Shown here in pieces: positions 9,866 to 19,014 of a stretch of DNA of 64,000 bases; the first letter of the stretch is position 1; each line of letters starts with the position of its first letter. The notes under the pieces were generated by a model. The model made no database searches. It was not told the origin of the DNA and worked only from the letters and a program-made list of their open reading frames with translations. The stretch is from contig CAZYCE010000003.1 of NCBI GenBank assembly GCA_964645605.1, positions 57,135-121,134 of the forward strand. Reading direction: 5' to 3'. This stretch comes from an uncultured Gammaproteobacteria bacterium (GTDB lineage Bacteria > Patescibacteriota > Microgenomatia > UBA8517). The position numbers and the translations under genes are program-made.

Positions 9866-10459
9866 ATGATTAAAACTGTTCTTTTTGATTACGCGGGCGT
9901 CATAACTCCCACAAAAAACAATTTTGATTTTGCTCTTAAATACAGCAAGCGTTTCGGCTTAGCTCCGGAGGAGCTGATGAAGCTTACTTATGAAAATTGG
10001 GACGAAGCCGCCACAGGGGGCTTGGAAAGCAGTGTTTTTTGGAGGCAGATTGCCGGAAAACTTAAAATTAAACCCGATGAGCTGATCGGCCTTCTTATAG
10101 AAACATTTCCTATTGATGAAAGAGTGGTAGATATAATCAGGAAAACAAAGGAAAATCACGCGACCGTTCTTTTTTCCAATCAGGAGAAAGCTTGGCTAGA
10201 AAAAGTAATTGACGACAATGATTTGAGAGGGATATTTACTTATTTTGTGAACTCGTATAATGTCGGGGCCAGAAAACCGGATCCGGAAATTTTTCTTGAA
10301 GCTTTAAAAATATCGGGCTCTCTTCCCGAAGAAACTCTTTTAGTGGATGATTCTTTAGAGAATGTCGAGGCGGCCAAAAAATTGGGGATTAATGCAATTC
10401 AATTTGAGAATTTTAACCAGTTTCTTGAGGAGTATAAAAAATACATAAATATTGATTAG
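9866..10459 (+). CDS. HAD-superfamily hydrolase (subfamily IA)
   Basis: Motif I (LFDYAGVIT) and motif IV (LLVDDSLENVEAAKKLGI). Confidence 0.7.
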   Translation: MIKTVLFDYAGVITPTKNNFDFALKYSKRFGLAPEELMKLTYENWDEAATGGLESSVFWRQIAGKLKIKPDELIGLLIETFPIDERVVDIIRKTKENHATVLFSNQEKAWLEKVIDDNDLRGIFTYFVNSYNVGARKPDPEIFLEALKISGSLPEETLLVDDSLENVEAAKKLGINAIQFENFNQFLEEYKKYINID

Positions 10460-10496
10460 TAAGAATCTTCCCCAAGTGAGTTTTTTCAAGGGGTAT

Positions 10497-10519
10497 TTTG
10501 CAAGGTACCGCCTTGTAAA
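10497..10519. promoter_or_regulatory. palindromic site ttttgCAAGGTaccgCCTTGtaaa (motif copy 1)
   Basis: Near-perfect dyad CAAGGTG-n-CACCTTG. It is one of three copies: 10497, 10943 and 34577. Confidence 0.4.
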
Positions 10520-10539
10520 TACTTATTTATTCCTTCCTG

Positions 10540-10920
10540 CTATTTCTGCTTCCAAATGAAACCAAGCGTGGCGATCAAAGATTTGATAGAAATATAGAAT
10601 ACCTGAATCAGATAAATAACCAAAAATATAGGTAAAAATATGAAATATGGAATAAAAAGACAAGCACAGATGATTGCCGTATACATTATTCCGTCAGGCT
10701 TTTTATTAAGAAACATAAACACCACCGTCGTCACGGCGACTACAGCTAATAAATAACGGACAGAAAATCCCAAAAAATTGAACCGTGCAGTGTTATTCTT
10801 CAGACGCCTTCCAATCCTTCCATAATTATCCTTATACGCCCTCACAAATGAAGCAATAAGATCTATTTCGTCAAAAATCTCCCACTCGAGATCGATCTTC
10901 ATTAATCTTGATTTTACCAC
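10540..10920 (-). CDS. small integral membrane protein, unknown function
   Basis: Three predicted TM helices. The gene is bracketed on both sides by the CAAGGTG-N-CACCTTG palindrome. Confidence 0.4.
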   Translation of the reverse strand: MVKSRLMKIDLEWEIFDEIDLIASFVRAYKDNYGRIGRRLKNNTARFNFLGFSVRYLLAVVAVTTVVFMFLNKKPDGIMYTAIICACLFIPYFIFLPIFLVIYLIQVFYISIKSLIATLGFIWKQK

Positions 10921-10942
10921 CTACGGTTACTTAGTTCCCAAT

Positions 10943-10962
10943 TTCAAGGTGCCACCTTGCAA
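10943..10962. promoter_or_regulatory. palindromic site ttCAAGGTGcCACCTTGcaa (motif copy 2)
   Basis: Perfect 7+1+7 dyad immediately upstream of the membrane-protein gene start. Confidence 0.4.
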
Positions 10963-10978
10963 AACCCTGCAAATGAAA

Positions 10979-11359
10979 TTACTCAACAGGCTCGATAAAA
11001 ATCGGGGGGATATGGTGCTCGGAACGGATGGTATTACAATCCGTAGAACCAATGGAAAAATGTCTTGCGGCATATTCCCTTTCCTCATGTCTTGAGCAAT
11101 CCCCATCGGGGAGTCTGTTGGGACACGGGCCGTTTAAAGAAACAACATAGAAATCTCCGCCTTCCAAACCTTCTCTTGAGTACTCCGTGTAAAACACGCC
11201 GGGAATTTTGGAATATTTGATGTCCGCAAGCTCCTTTATAGAATCGACATGCTTGGCTTTCGGAAAGAGTCTTGTTCTTTCGCACCCTGTGACCTCAATA
11301 TCAATATTTTCGCAGCAATAGCCGTAGCATCCGGAATCCGTGCATCTGTTTCTTTCCAT
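10979..11359 (-). CDS. Cys-rich protein (CxxxxCxxxCC cluster), possible metal-chelating domain
   Basis: The track ORF (10979..11563) overlaps the NUDIX gene. The internal Met at 11359 (MERNRCTDSGCYGYCC...) removes the overlap. Multiple Cys residues are present. Function is unknown. Confidence 0.3.
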   Translation of the reverse strand: MERNRCTDSGCYGYCCENIDIEVTGCERTRLFPKAKHVDSIKELADIKYSKIPGVFYTEYSREGLEGGDFYVVSLNGPCPNRLPDGDCSRHEEREYAARHFSIGSTDCNTIRSEHHIPPIFIEPVE

Positions 11360-11445
11360 AGAGAAAGTATTATACCCCGCAAGGTTCACACTTAAAAGAT
11401 TATTGTGATACAAAAAATTAGCTGAAGTACTATATAATAAGATCC

Positions 11446-11865
11446 ATGAAGCAAGTTGTACAAAAAGTAATTGCCGGGGTGGCAATAGTAGATAACGGCA
11501 AAATTTTAATTGTCCAAAGATCGGCGGAAGAAGATATCTTTCCAAATCTTTGGGAATTTCCAAGCGGGAAAAAAGAACCGATGGAAAAAGTTGAGGAAGC
11601 TGCGAAGCGCGAAGCCAAGGAAGAAACGGGGCTTGAAGTTAAAATCGGAAAGCCGGTTTACGTTTTTAATTTCGGATGGGAAAAAGAGGGTGAAATAAGA
11701 GATGCCACGGAAATAGTTTTTCTGGGAAAGGTTGATGGTAAACCCGAAGTTAAGATAAGTCGCGAGCATCAAAATTTTGCTTGGGTAGACGCAGACGAAA
11801 TTGAAAATTACGATGCTTTAAAAGAAACCAAAGAAGCGGCGAGGGAAGCCCTATTCGATGCTTAG
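11446..11865 (+). CDS. NUDIX hydrolase
   Basis: Nudix box GKKEPMEKVEEAAKREAKEETGL. Confidence 0.8.
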   Translation: MKQVVQKVIAGVAIVDNGKILIVQRSAEEDIFPNLWEFPSGKKEPMEKVEEAAKREAKEETGLEVKIGKPVYVFNFGWEKEGEIRDATEIVFLGKVDGKPEVKISREHQNFAWVDADEIENYDALKETKEAAREALFDA

Positions 11866-12309
11866 TATTTCCCCTTCAAATTCTTGTTCGCCGGAAGTAT
11901 AGGAAAAACTTTCTCCAATTTTCTTTCCGTTCAATGACTTTCCAAGGGGAGAGTCAATTGAAATTAAATTAAACCCGTTTATAAAAACGGGATTCTCCAC
12001 AAAATACAGTTCTTTTTCGCTGCCGTTTGTGTATTTGACTAAGACATAAGAGACGGTCCTAATTTTCTCCGGCACTTCCGTGTCTAAAGATTTTTGAAGC
12101 TCGTCGAACAACTTTTTAACTACCGAGTACTTCTGCATACTCAAATTCGCCGTATTTTTGGCATGTTCCACGTCTCCGGCCAGTGAATATGAAGCAACCA
12201 GCCCTGCACTTAATTCGTTTGCGTCGCTTTTGGATTTATGGGCGGTTTGCCCGGCAGCTTCTTCCAGTCTCTTTACTTCTTCAAAAAGTATTCCAATTTT
12301 TTGTCTCAT
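11851..12309 (-). CDS. GreA/GreB-family transcript cleavage factor paralogue (divergent)
   Basis: N-terminal coiled coil plus a C-terminal FKBP-like segment PLGKSLNGKKIGESFSYTSGEQEFEGEILSIE. A canonical GreA also lies at 63144..63602. Confidence 0.5.
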   Translation of the reverse strand: MRQKIGILFEEVKRLEEAAGQTAHKSKSDANELSAGLVASYSLAGDVEHAKNTANLSMQKYSVVKKLFDELQKSLDTEVPEKIRTVSYVLVKYTNGSEKELYFVENPVFINGFNLISIDSPLGKSLNGKKIGESFSYTSGEQEFEGEILSIE

Positions 12310-12310
12310 G

Positions 12311-12859
12311 TCAGGAGAGTTTTTTATACATCAAAACGGAGTCTTCAAATTGTCCGTTTCTATAAATTCCTTCGGGGAGCATTCCGTATTCAACAAATCC
12401 CATTTTCTTATATAAATCTTTGGCAATACTATTTGTGGAAAAAACATCCAATGTGACAATTCTAATATCCGGAATTTTTCCTTTCGCTTCTTTTAGAACC
12501 AAATCCATTAACAATTTTCCCATTCCCTCGCCTCTGAAACCTTTTCTAATGGTAATTCCAAAAATTCCAATATGCTTTTCAACTTTATCCATCATGTGTA
12601 TCTCGCTTTCACCCACTAATTCATTGTTACAAAATGCCAAAAGCTGGACCGATTTAGCCTCTTTTATTGTCTTCAATTTATCTTTCAAATATTTCGTCTC
12701 GCTTTCCAAAGTTTCCTTTTCACCTTGGGAAGAAATAAAGGTCCTTTCTTCCGAAGCCTCATTTATAAATTGGAGCATTTTTTCCACGTCACCAATTTCC
12801 GGATAACGGACAATAATATCTCTTCCTTTTTTAGTCTTTCCCCGAAAAACAATGCTCAT
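12311..12859 (-). CDS. GNAT-family N-acetyltransferase
   Basis: Motif A (IRKGFRGEGMGKLLM). Confidence 0.75.
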   Translation of the reverse strand: MSIVFRGKTKKGRDIIVRYPEIGDVEKMLQFINEASEERTFISSQGEKETLESETKYLKDKLKTIKEAKSVQLLAFCNNELVGESEIHMMDKVEKHIGIFGITIRKGFRGEGMGKLLMDLVLKEAKGKIPDIRIVTLDVFSTNSIAKDLYKKMGFVEYGMLPEGIYRNGQFEDSVLMYKKLS

Positions 12860-13422
12860 GTATTAATTATTTTTTTAAATTCATTTAATGTTTCAATTTT
12901 ATCACTTTCCTTATTCCACCAAATTGTTTCCATTCCGAGCTTTTCGGCAACTTCAACGTTTTCTAAAGTATCATCCATAAAAAGACAATCTTCCGGTTTA
13001 ACCTTTAGTCTGTCACATGTAATCAAAAATATTTCCGGATCCGGTTTTCTAACACCTTCTATTGCCGAGTTGACAAAAAGATCGAACTCCTTAAAACCAA
13101 ATTTATTGTACCAATATTCCCTGGCTATAGCATTACCGTTATTGATAACTGCCAGTTTGTACTTCTTTTTAAGTTCGGGTAAAAGTTTCCACAAATATTC
13201 AAACCGCTCAAATCTTTCGGGCATGATTTTTGCAGCCCTTTCGATTTCATCATCGTTCAACTTGAGCTCCCTTTTAACATCTTTGATAAGTTTTGCATCA
13301 TCGACATGATTAAAAAGTTTTTCTATATTTTCCGTGTTTATCTCGTCGATTGTTTTGGGAACATAATCCTTCTTTTTAAAAACTAACACTCCGACCATGT
13401 CGAAAAGAATTGCCTTGATCAT
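12856..13422 (-). CDS. HAD-superfamily hydrolase
   Basis: MIKAILFDMVGVLV DxD motif. It is a paralogue of 9866..10459. Confidence 0.7.
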   Translation of the reverse strand: MIKAILFDMVGVLVFKKKDYVPKTIDEINTENIEKLFNHVDDAKLIKDVKRELKLNDDEIERAAKIMPERFERFEYLWKLLPELKKKYKLAVINNGNAIAREYWYNKFGFKEFDLFVNSAIEGVRKPDPEIFLITCDRLKVKPEDCLFMDDTLENVEVAEKLGMETIWWNKESDKIETLNEFKKIINT

Positions 13423-13443
13423 GGGTCAATTTTACCACTTTTA

Positions 13444-13953
13444 ATGGGGAATACTTTGCCCGTCATTTTTGATAGAATTGTTGGAATGGAAATAAAAATT
13501 ACTTTAGTTAATTTCAAAGATAAAGAAGTATTGAGAGCTCTGATCAATGATTATCAAAAGGGGATTCTAAAATCGGAAAAACCGGAAGAGTACAAATATC
13601 TGGGCAGTTATTGGCAAAAACCTGACAGATATGCTTATTTTATTGAAGTTGACGGAAAGATTGCAGGATTTGTTTTGGTTAATAACTATAATTTGGTTGA
13701 AATGGATGCCAAAAATATTTCCGAATTTTATATTAAGCCGGAGTTTAGGAAAAAAGGTGTTGGCAAGATGTCCTCAAAAAAAGTTTTTGATCTTTTTCCG
13801 GGTAAGTGGGAAGTCAGAGAACTTGAATCAAACCCCACGGCTCAAAAATTTTGGAGAAATGTCATAGCGGAATATACGGATAATAATTATAAAGAGGTTA
13901 TTTTGGATAATGAAAAATGGCACGGTCCGGTCCAGACTTTTAATTTATTATAA
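13444..13953 (+). CDS. GNAT-like acetyltransferase
   Basis: FYIKPEFRKKGVGK acetyl-CoA binding motif. Confidence 0.5.
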   Translation: MGNTLPVIFDRIVGMEIKITLVNFKDKEVLRALINDYQKGILKSEKPEEYKYLGSYWQKPDRYAYFIEVDGKIAGFVLVNNYNLVEMDAKNISEFYIKPEFRKKGVGKMSSKKVFDLFPGKWEVRELESNPTAQKFWRNVIAEYTDNNYKEVILDNEKWHGPVQTFNLL

Positions 13954-14451
13954 AACCCTAATACTTTTTTCAATTAATTTTCCTTCTTTATCGTGGTCAA
14001 AGAATCCGAAGATAAAAGCATCGGGGTGTTTGGAAAGAATCTTAATATACTCTTTGATGTCTGTCGGCGTAGGTAGGGGGTCGATATCTTTCGGGTCAAT
14101 CCAGTGAAAAGTCCCGTCTTTCGTGGGTTTTACGTTAATTTGTTTTGCAATATTTACGATAAAATAAACATTTACCCATTCTGAATCTGACGGGGGGTAC
14201 GGATGTTGTGTTATCGAGTAAGGTCTAATCGACCCAAACTCTGTTATTCCGCTTTCTTCCTCAATTTCGCGGATGAGGGCGTCATAAAAACTCTCGTGAG
14301 GTTCTACTTTTCCGCCAATTCCGGAATAAAGTCCCGGGTCAACTTTCTTATCGTCGGCTCTTTTGAGCAATAAAACCTTGCCGTCGCACCAAATTAAAGC
14401 ATTGACCGAAAGAACTGTTTTGTAGTCAGTGTATTTTTTAAAGTCATTCAT
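13948..14451 (-). CDS. NUDIX hydrolase
   Basis: GIGGKVEPHESFYDALIREIEEESGI Nudix box. Confidence 0.75.
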   Translation of the reverse strand: MNDFKKYTDYKTVLSVNALIWCDGKVLLLKRADDKKVDPGLYSGIGGKVEPHESFYDALIREIEEESGITEFGSIRPYSITQHPYPPSDSEWVNVYFIVNIAKQINVKPTKDGTFHWIDPKDIDPLPTPTDIKEYIKILSKHPDAFIFGFFDHDKEGKLIEKSIRVL

Positions 14452-14508
14452 ATTGTTTGCTGTCCATCCGCAATGGTTATTTTAGCACCGGCGGGTTAAA
14501 ATCAAAAC

Positions 14509-14853
14509 ATGAATATCAAGGCCTATCTGGGTCAGAAAGTTGATGTAGTGGTAGACCGGCCGCTCGGTTCCAAACATCCCGAACACGGTTTTACATATGA
14601 AGTTAATTACGGATATGTTCCGAAAACTCTTGCTCCCGATGGAGAAGAGATCGATGCATACGTATTGGGTTTGGGCAAACCTGTCGACAAAATTTCGGGA
14701 GTTTGTATGGCCATAATCCATCGGATCAACGATAAAGATGATAAATTGGTTGTGGCTCCGAATGGTGAAAACTTTTCGGATGCAGAAATAGAAAAATTAA
14801 TAGAGTTTCAAGAGAAATGGTTTAAACACATTATCCTTAGAGCGAAGATTTAG
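14509..14853 (+). CDS. short inorganic-pyrophosphatase-like protein (N-terminally truncated relative to family I PPases)
   Basis: NYGYVPKTLAPDGEEIDAYVLG parallels PPase NYGYI..T...DGDPVDVLV. KLVVAP parallels KLVAVP. It is 114 aa versus about 175 aa for a full PPase. Confidence 0.45.
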   Translation: MNIKAYLGQKVDVVVDRPLGSKHPEHGFTYEVNYGYVPKTLAPDGEEIDAYVLGLGKPVDKISGVCMAIIHRINDKDDKLVVAPNGENFSDAEIEKLIEFQEKWFKHIILRAKI

Positions 14854-15039
14854 GTAGTTCCAATTCTTCTTTGTAAACTTCCTGCGCCGGATTAAATTCC
14901 CATGGGGAATGTTTAATATCTTAACTTGTAGTCCCTTTTCTTTTGCTGCATTTACAACCCTGTCTCTGAGTTCTTGGGAAAAATATCAAAACTTCCGGAT
15001 AGTCTGACCCTTTCAGGAAAGATTACTTGTTTCCGTCTT

Positions 15040-15120
15040 ACCGGAAAAAGGATTCGAAACAGATTTGCTGCCGCCGGACGGTTTGCACTGAAGCTTTAGC
15101 GTCCGGAACCTTTCTTATGG
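15040..15120. repeat. intergenic repeat family copy (J): ggattcgaaacaga...ctgccgccggacggtttgcactgaagctttagcgtccgg
   Basis: Shares the gattcgaacaga block with copies at 37.28 and 40.26 kb, and the gctgccg..tttgcactg.agc..gc.tccgg block with the copy at 36.19 kb. The ccggacg/cgtccgg 7-bp stem covaries. Confidence 0.5.
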
Positions 15121-15126
15121 TTTTAT

Positions 15127-15134
15127 TGTATAAT
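15127..15134 (+). promoter_or_regulatory. extended -10 promoter element TGTATAAT upstream of the P-type ATPase
   Basis: TGnTATAAT about 50 nt upstream of the ATG at 15186. Confidence 0.35.
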
Positions 15135-15185
15135 TTTTTAAGATGCCCATGAGTCACAGAGTGCATCGGTGGCAGTAGAGACATC

Positions 15186-17627
15186 ATGTTTACTAATGAA
15201 ACCGGACTTTTAAGCGAAGAGGTGGAGAAAAGGCAATTGCAATATGGCCAAAATATTCTGCCTGAAAAACCGCCCCCCAGCAAACTTTCGCTCTTCGTTC
15301 AACAACTGAAAAATCCGTTTGTGTACGTTCTGCTGTCGGCGGCTATTATCACACTCGTAATCGGTCAAATTACTGATTCTTTAATCATTTTTCTTGCCGT
15401 AATTATCAACACTGTCTTGGGTTTTATTCAGGAAAGTCGGGCAAGTAACGCGCTCTACGCACTTAAACATTATGTTACAAGTAAGGCGAATGTTATCCGG
15501 AACGGAAAAAGAATGTCTATTGATACGGCCGATATTGTTCCGGGGGATACGGTAATTCTGGATCAGGGTACCAAAATACCTGCTGACGGAAAACTTACTT
15601 TCGCCAACCGCTTATATATTGATGAAGCAGTGCTCACGGGAGAAAGTCTACCGGTCAATAAAAATAAAGGCGACACGGTTTATATGGGTACGGTGGTATC
15701 TTCAGGACAAGCGGTTTTAAAGGTTGAAATGATTGGGGCGGCAACCAAGATTGGGGCAATTGCGCTTCAAATTCAAGAAAACGAAGAAGACACCCCGCTT
15801 CAAAAGCAGCTTAAGGCATTTAGTAAACAACTGGTAATAGTGATTGGTATACTGACAGCGTTCGTTTTTATCCTAGGAATTTTACACAAGTTTAGCCTAA
15901 TAGAAATATTCATTACTTCGGTTGCCCTGGCAGTATCGAGCATTCCGGAAGGACTTCTTGTCTCGTTCACGGTAGTTTTGGCCATTGGAATGCAGAAGAT
16001 AATAAAACACAGGGGTTTGGTTAGAAAACTTTCGGCAGCCGAAACACTCGGAGGAGTTACTGTTATTTGTGTTGATAAAACCGGCACTCTAACGCAGGGA
16101 AAAATGGAAGTAGTTGATTATCTGGGTGACAAAAAACAACTTGCCGAGCAGGTACTATTGGCAAACGATTTGGACGATCCAATCGTGGTTTCTGCATTCG
16201 AGTGGGGCAGAACGGTTATAGGTAATTTTATTTCAAAACATCAGCGGATTGACAGCATCCCCTTCTCTTCAAAAGAACGGTTTTTTGTCAGTCTTCACAA
16301 ATGGTCTGACGATAAAAATACGCTTTTTGTAAATGGAGCCCCGGAGATTTTACTGGAATGGACAACGGCATCGGAAGAGGAAAAGGGTGAGATTATCAAA
16401 AATATTGACGAATTAACAAAACATGGCAAGAGGTTGATAGGGTTTGCAAGAAAAGAAGTATCGCCGGATAAAAAGGAATTGGATACCGAGGATGCCAAAG
16501 GTGGGCTTACCTGGATCGGAATATTGGCCTTTAATGATCCTGTACGGGATGGAGTCAAGGAAGCTCTGGGTTTAACCCGTGACGCCGGAATAAAAACAAT
16601 AGTGATTACAGGAGACTATCCGAAAACTTCAGAATTTGTCCTGTCTGAGTTGGGGATTCCTGTAAAAAAAGATGAAATATTGCTTGGAAGTGAGCTGGAA
16701 AAGTTAACCCTGGAAGAATTATCCCGGAAGGTAAAGTTTATCAAACTTTTTGCCAGGACTTCTCCCGATCAAAAGTTAAAAATAGTAGAGGCTTTGAAAA
16801 AAAACGGTGAAATAGTGGCTATGATGGGCGATGGAGTTAATGATGCTCCCGCGCTTCATAGATCTGACATTGGCGTCGTGGTCGGTGATGCCACGGATGT
16901 TGCTAAAGAATCGGCAGATCTGGTTCTCTTGGACTCTAATTTTGCGACAATAATCGGAGCAATAGAAGAGGGAAGAGTAATGTTTGAAAATATCAGAAAA
17001 ATTATTCTTTATCTTTTGAGTGATGCATTTGCCGAAATAATTGTGGTTACGGGAAGTATCGCCATCGGTTTGCCCTTGCCTATTACTGCCGTTCAGATAT
17101 TGTGGATAAATCTAGTTTCCGACGGTTTTCCGAATCTTGCCTTGACCGTAGATCCCAAAAGAGTTGATATTATGAAGGAAAAGCCCCGCCCGCCCCAAGA
17201 ACAATTGGTAAATAGATGGATGATTACTCTAATAGGCCTTGTGAGTCTAATCGCGGGTCTCATTACTTTTTCTTCCTTTATGATTGTTTACAAAATGACA
17301 AACGATATCACTATGGCCCGTTCTATGGCCTTTATCACGCTTGGGCTCGATTCACTCGCCTATGTTTTCTCGGTTAGGGCTCTTATGACTCCTTTTTGGA
17401 AGAATCACCTTTTTGAAAATAAATGGCTGGTAATTGCTGTTCTTACCGGATTTACTTTTCAAGTGGTACCGTTCTTAACGCCTTCTTTAAGACAATTTTT
17501 CGGACTAAGTAATCTTAGCTTGGTTTATTGGATAATAGCGATTTGCTTGTCCGTCTTTATGTTTTTTGTGATCGAAATATTTAAGGCTGGTTACAAATTA
17601 AATGAGGTAAAAAAGTGGTTAAAATAG
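15186..17627 (+). CDS. cation-transporting P-type ATPase (P2-type, Ca2+/Mg2+-like)
   Basis: DKTGTLT phosphorylation motif, TGDYPKT, and the MGDGVNDAPAL hinge. About 10 TM segments. Confidence 0.85.
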   Translation: MFTNETGLLSEEVEKRQLQYGQNILPEKPPPSKLSLFVQQLKNPFVYVLLSAAIITLVIGQITDSLIIFLAVIINTVLGFIQESRASNALYALKHYVTSKANVIRNGKRMSIDTADIVPGDTVILDQGTKIPADGKLTFANRLYIDEAVLTGESLPVNKNKGDTVYMGTVVSSGQAVLKVEMIGAATKIGAIALQIQENEEDTPLQKQLKAFSKQLVIVIGILTAFVFILGILHKFSLIEIFITSVALAVSSIPEGLLVSFTVVLAIGMQKIIKHRGLVRKLSAAETLGGVTVICVDKTGTLTQGKMEVVDYLGDKKQLAEQVLLANDLDDPIVVSAFEWGRTVIGNFISKHQRIDSIPFSSKERFFVSLHKWSDDKNTLFVNGAPEILLEWTTASEEEKGEIIKNIDELTKHGKRLIGFARKEVSPDKKELDTEDAKGGLTWIGILAFNDPVRDGVKEALGLTRDAGIKTIVITGDYPKTSEFVLSELGIPVKKDEILLGSELEKLTLEELSRKVKFIKLFARTSPDQKLKIVEALKKNGEIVAMMGDGVNDAPALHRSDIGVVVGDATDVAKESADLVLLDSNFATIIGAIEEGRVMFENIRKIILYLLSDAFAEIIVVTGSIAIGLPLPITAVQILWINLVSDGFPNLALTVDPKRVDIMKEKPRPPQEQLVNRWMITLIGLVSLIAGLITFSSFMIVYKMTNDITMARSMAFITLGLDSLAYVFSVRALMTPFWKNHLFENKWLVIAVLTGFTFQVVPFLTPSLRQFFGLSNLSLVYWIIAICLSVFMFFVIEIFKAGYKLNEVKKWLK

Positions 17628-17639
17628 TATGGAAGTTGT

Positions 17640-17830
17640 ACGTCGGCTTCGAAGAGCTTAATTTGACCGGTATAGACTGATTGTTTTTGATGGAAAACGA
17701 TTATTCAATGACCGGTACATGGGGGTGCAATGCTTGGCTAAGCATTGGGTTTTCGAACCTCTCGAACCCATAACTGCCATTCCAAGTGCGCCGCTTTTTA
17801 AGGTTAAGTGAGTCATTTGGGGCACCATAA
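17640..17830. repeat. intergenic repeat family copy (I) with perfect hairpin gcaatgctt-ggct-aagcattg
   Basis: Contains the ..tgcttggct(g/a)agcat.. core and the gaacc..cgaacccataactg tail, both shared with copies at 46.6 and 47.2 kb. Confidence 0.5.
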
Positions 17831-17904
17831 AGAGGGACATATTTACAATATAATATCTATGATATTGATTTTTCCTATAGTATAATGTACAATCACGCCA
17901 ATTT

Positions 17905-19014
17905 ATGAATACTGAAAGATTGACTGGTTTGAGGATAAACCCAATCTTGAAAGACTTGGGTGAGGCCTCTTTTCTCTCAGAAAAATATGGTATTCCCCGA
18001 CAGGACATAATATTGACATCCCTCAACCTGTCTGGAGTTTCTTCTGATATTTCAGAATCTCGTGTACGTTTTCATTTTACACCGGAAGGGACGAAAAAAG
18101 ATTTCTACCTTGCTCTTTGTGTTAATACCACCCCCGGTACATTCGAACTCAAGAACCAAGCAATTTTTCTGTCGGGAGAAAAAATAGGCGATACTTCTTC
18201 CATAGAGAATGATACATGTAATGACAATTATTTTAGAAGGAATGGCACTGAATTGACCCTGAATACAAACTCAAGAAGTTTGTGTAAAGGATGCGCAATC
18301 TGTGGAACTTATTCTCTGGAAGCTGATGATAAAGAACGGCTTCTTAGAAAAACATTGCTTTCACAGAGAGTCAAGGAAATCATGAATCAGCAGCAACAGA
18401 ATGATTGCTCAAGCCTTTGCCGTGTAACTCTTTGTACTGGATGCTTTGGGAATGAAAAGGCTACTGTGGATCATATTTTGGATTTGAACGATGTATTAAA
18501 AGATCTTAACTTTCATGGAACCCTACGCTACATAGGCTCCGAAATTACAACAGAAGAAGCTCTTGACGAAATCGCCGGCAAAGTTGATCGTTTTGCTCTA
18601 TCCTTCTCCGTTGAAACCTTTACCAGAAGGGCGGAACTGCTACGCAATATAAAATCAAGATTTTCATTTGAAGACATTAAAAGTGCTCTTGAAAGATCTG
18701 CTGAAAGGGGAATTGAAACCAATATTCTATACGTTTTGGGTCTTGATCCGCTACGCGCTTTTGAGGAAGGCTTTAAAGAACTCCAGCCACTGATGAATCA
18801 TTTCCCTGTTGTTAATTTGTTTCAGATATATAGTCCTGAGCAAGCATTACTTAGAACAAGCGAGGCGAATGGAATTGAATATTATTTAACTGCCAGGAAG
18901 ATCCTAGAGGAGATGTACGCTGGTTCAGACTTAAGACCGGAATCATGGGAAAACTACCGTCCGTTGTGGTATTTATCTTTTGGAAGGGATGGCAAAAATG
19001 ACATCAGAATTTGA
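17905..19014 (+). CDS. Cys-rich protein with CX2CX2C and CX3CX4CX2C clusters, possible Fe-S / radical-SAM-like enzyme
   Basis: SLCKGCAICGTY and DCSSLCRVTLCTGC clusters. Downstream segments (RFALSFSVETF, ILYVLGLD) resemble radical-SAM barrel strands. This is not canonical CX3CX2C. Confidence 0.3.
   Translation: MNTERLTGLRINPILKDLGEASFLSEKYGIPRQDIILTSLNLSGVSSDISESRVRFHFTPEGTKKDFYLALCVNTTPGTFELKNQAIFLSGEKIGDTSSIENDTCNDNYFRRNGTELTLNTNSRSLCKGCAICGTYSLEADDKERLLRKTLLSQRVKEIMNQQQQNDCSSLCRVTLCTGCFGNEKATVDHILDLNDVLKDLNFHGTLRYIGSEITTEEALDEIAGKVDRFALSFSVETFTRRAELLRNIKSRFSFEDIKSALERSAERGIETNILYVLGLDPLRAFEEGFKELQPLMNHFPVVNLFQIYSPEQALLRTSEANGIEYYLTARKILEEMYAGSDLRPESWENYRPLWYLSFGRDGKNDIRI

Noticed and set aside
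10979-11563. Full-length track ORF (194 aa) overlapping the NUDIX gene by 118 nt
   Set aside because: The N-terminal 67 residues are low-complexity, Leu-rich and antisense to a well-supported NUDIX box. The internal Met at 11359 gives a compact non-overlapping gene. The long form is treated as an ORF-extension artefact.
17640-17830. Riboswitch (yybP-ykoY or M-box) upstream of the P-type ATPase or the downstream operon
   Set aside because: I could not match the conserved cores of either motif. The region instead aligns to the mosaic repeat family (the tgcttggct.agcat hairpin block).
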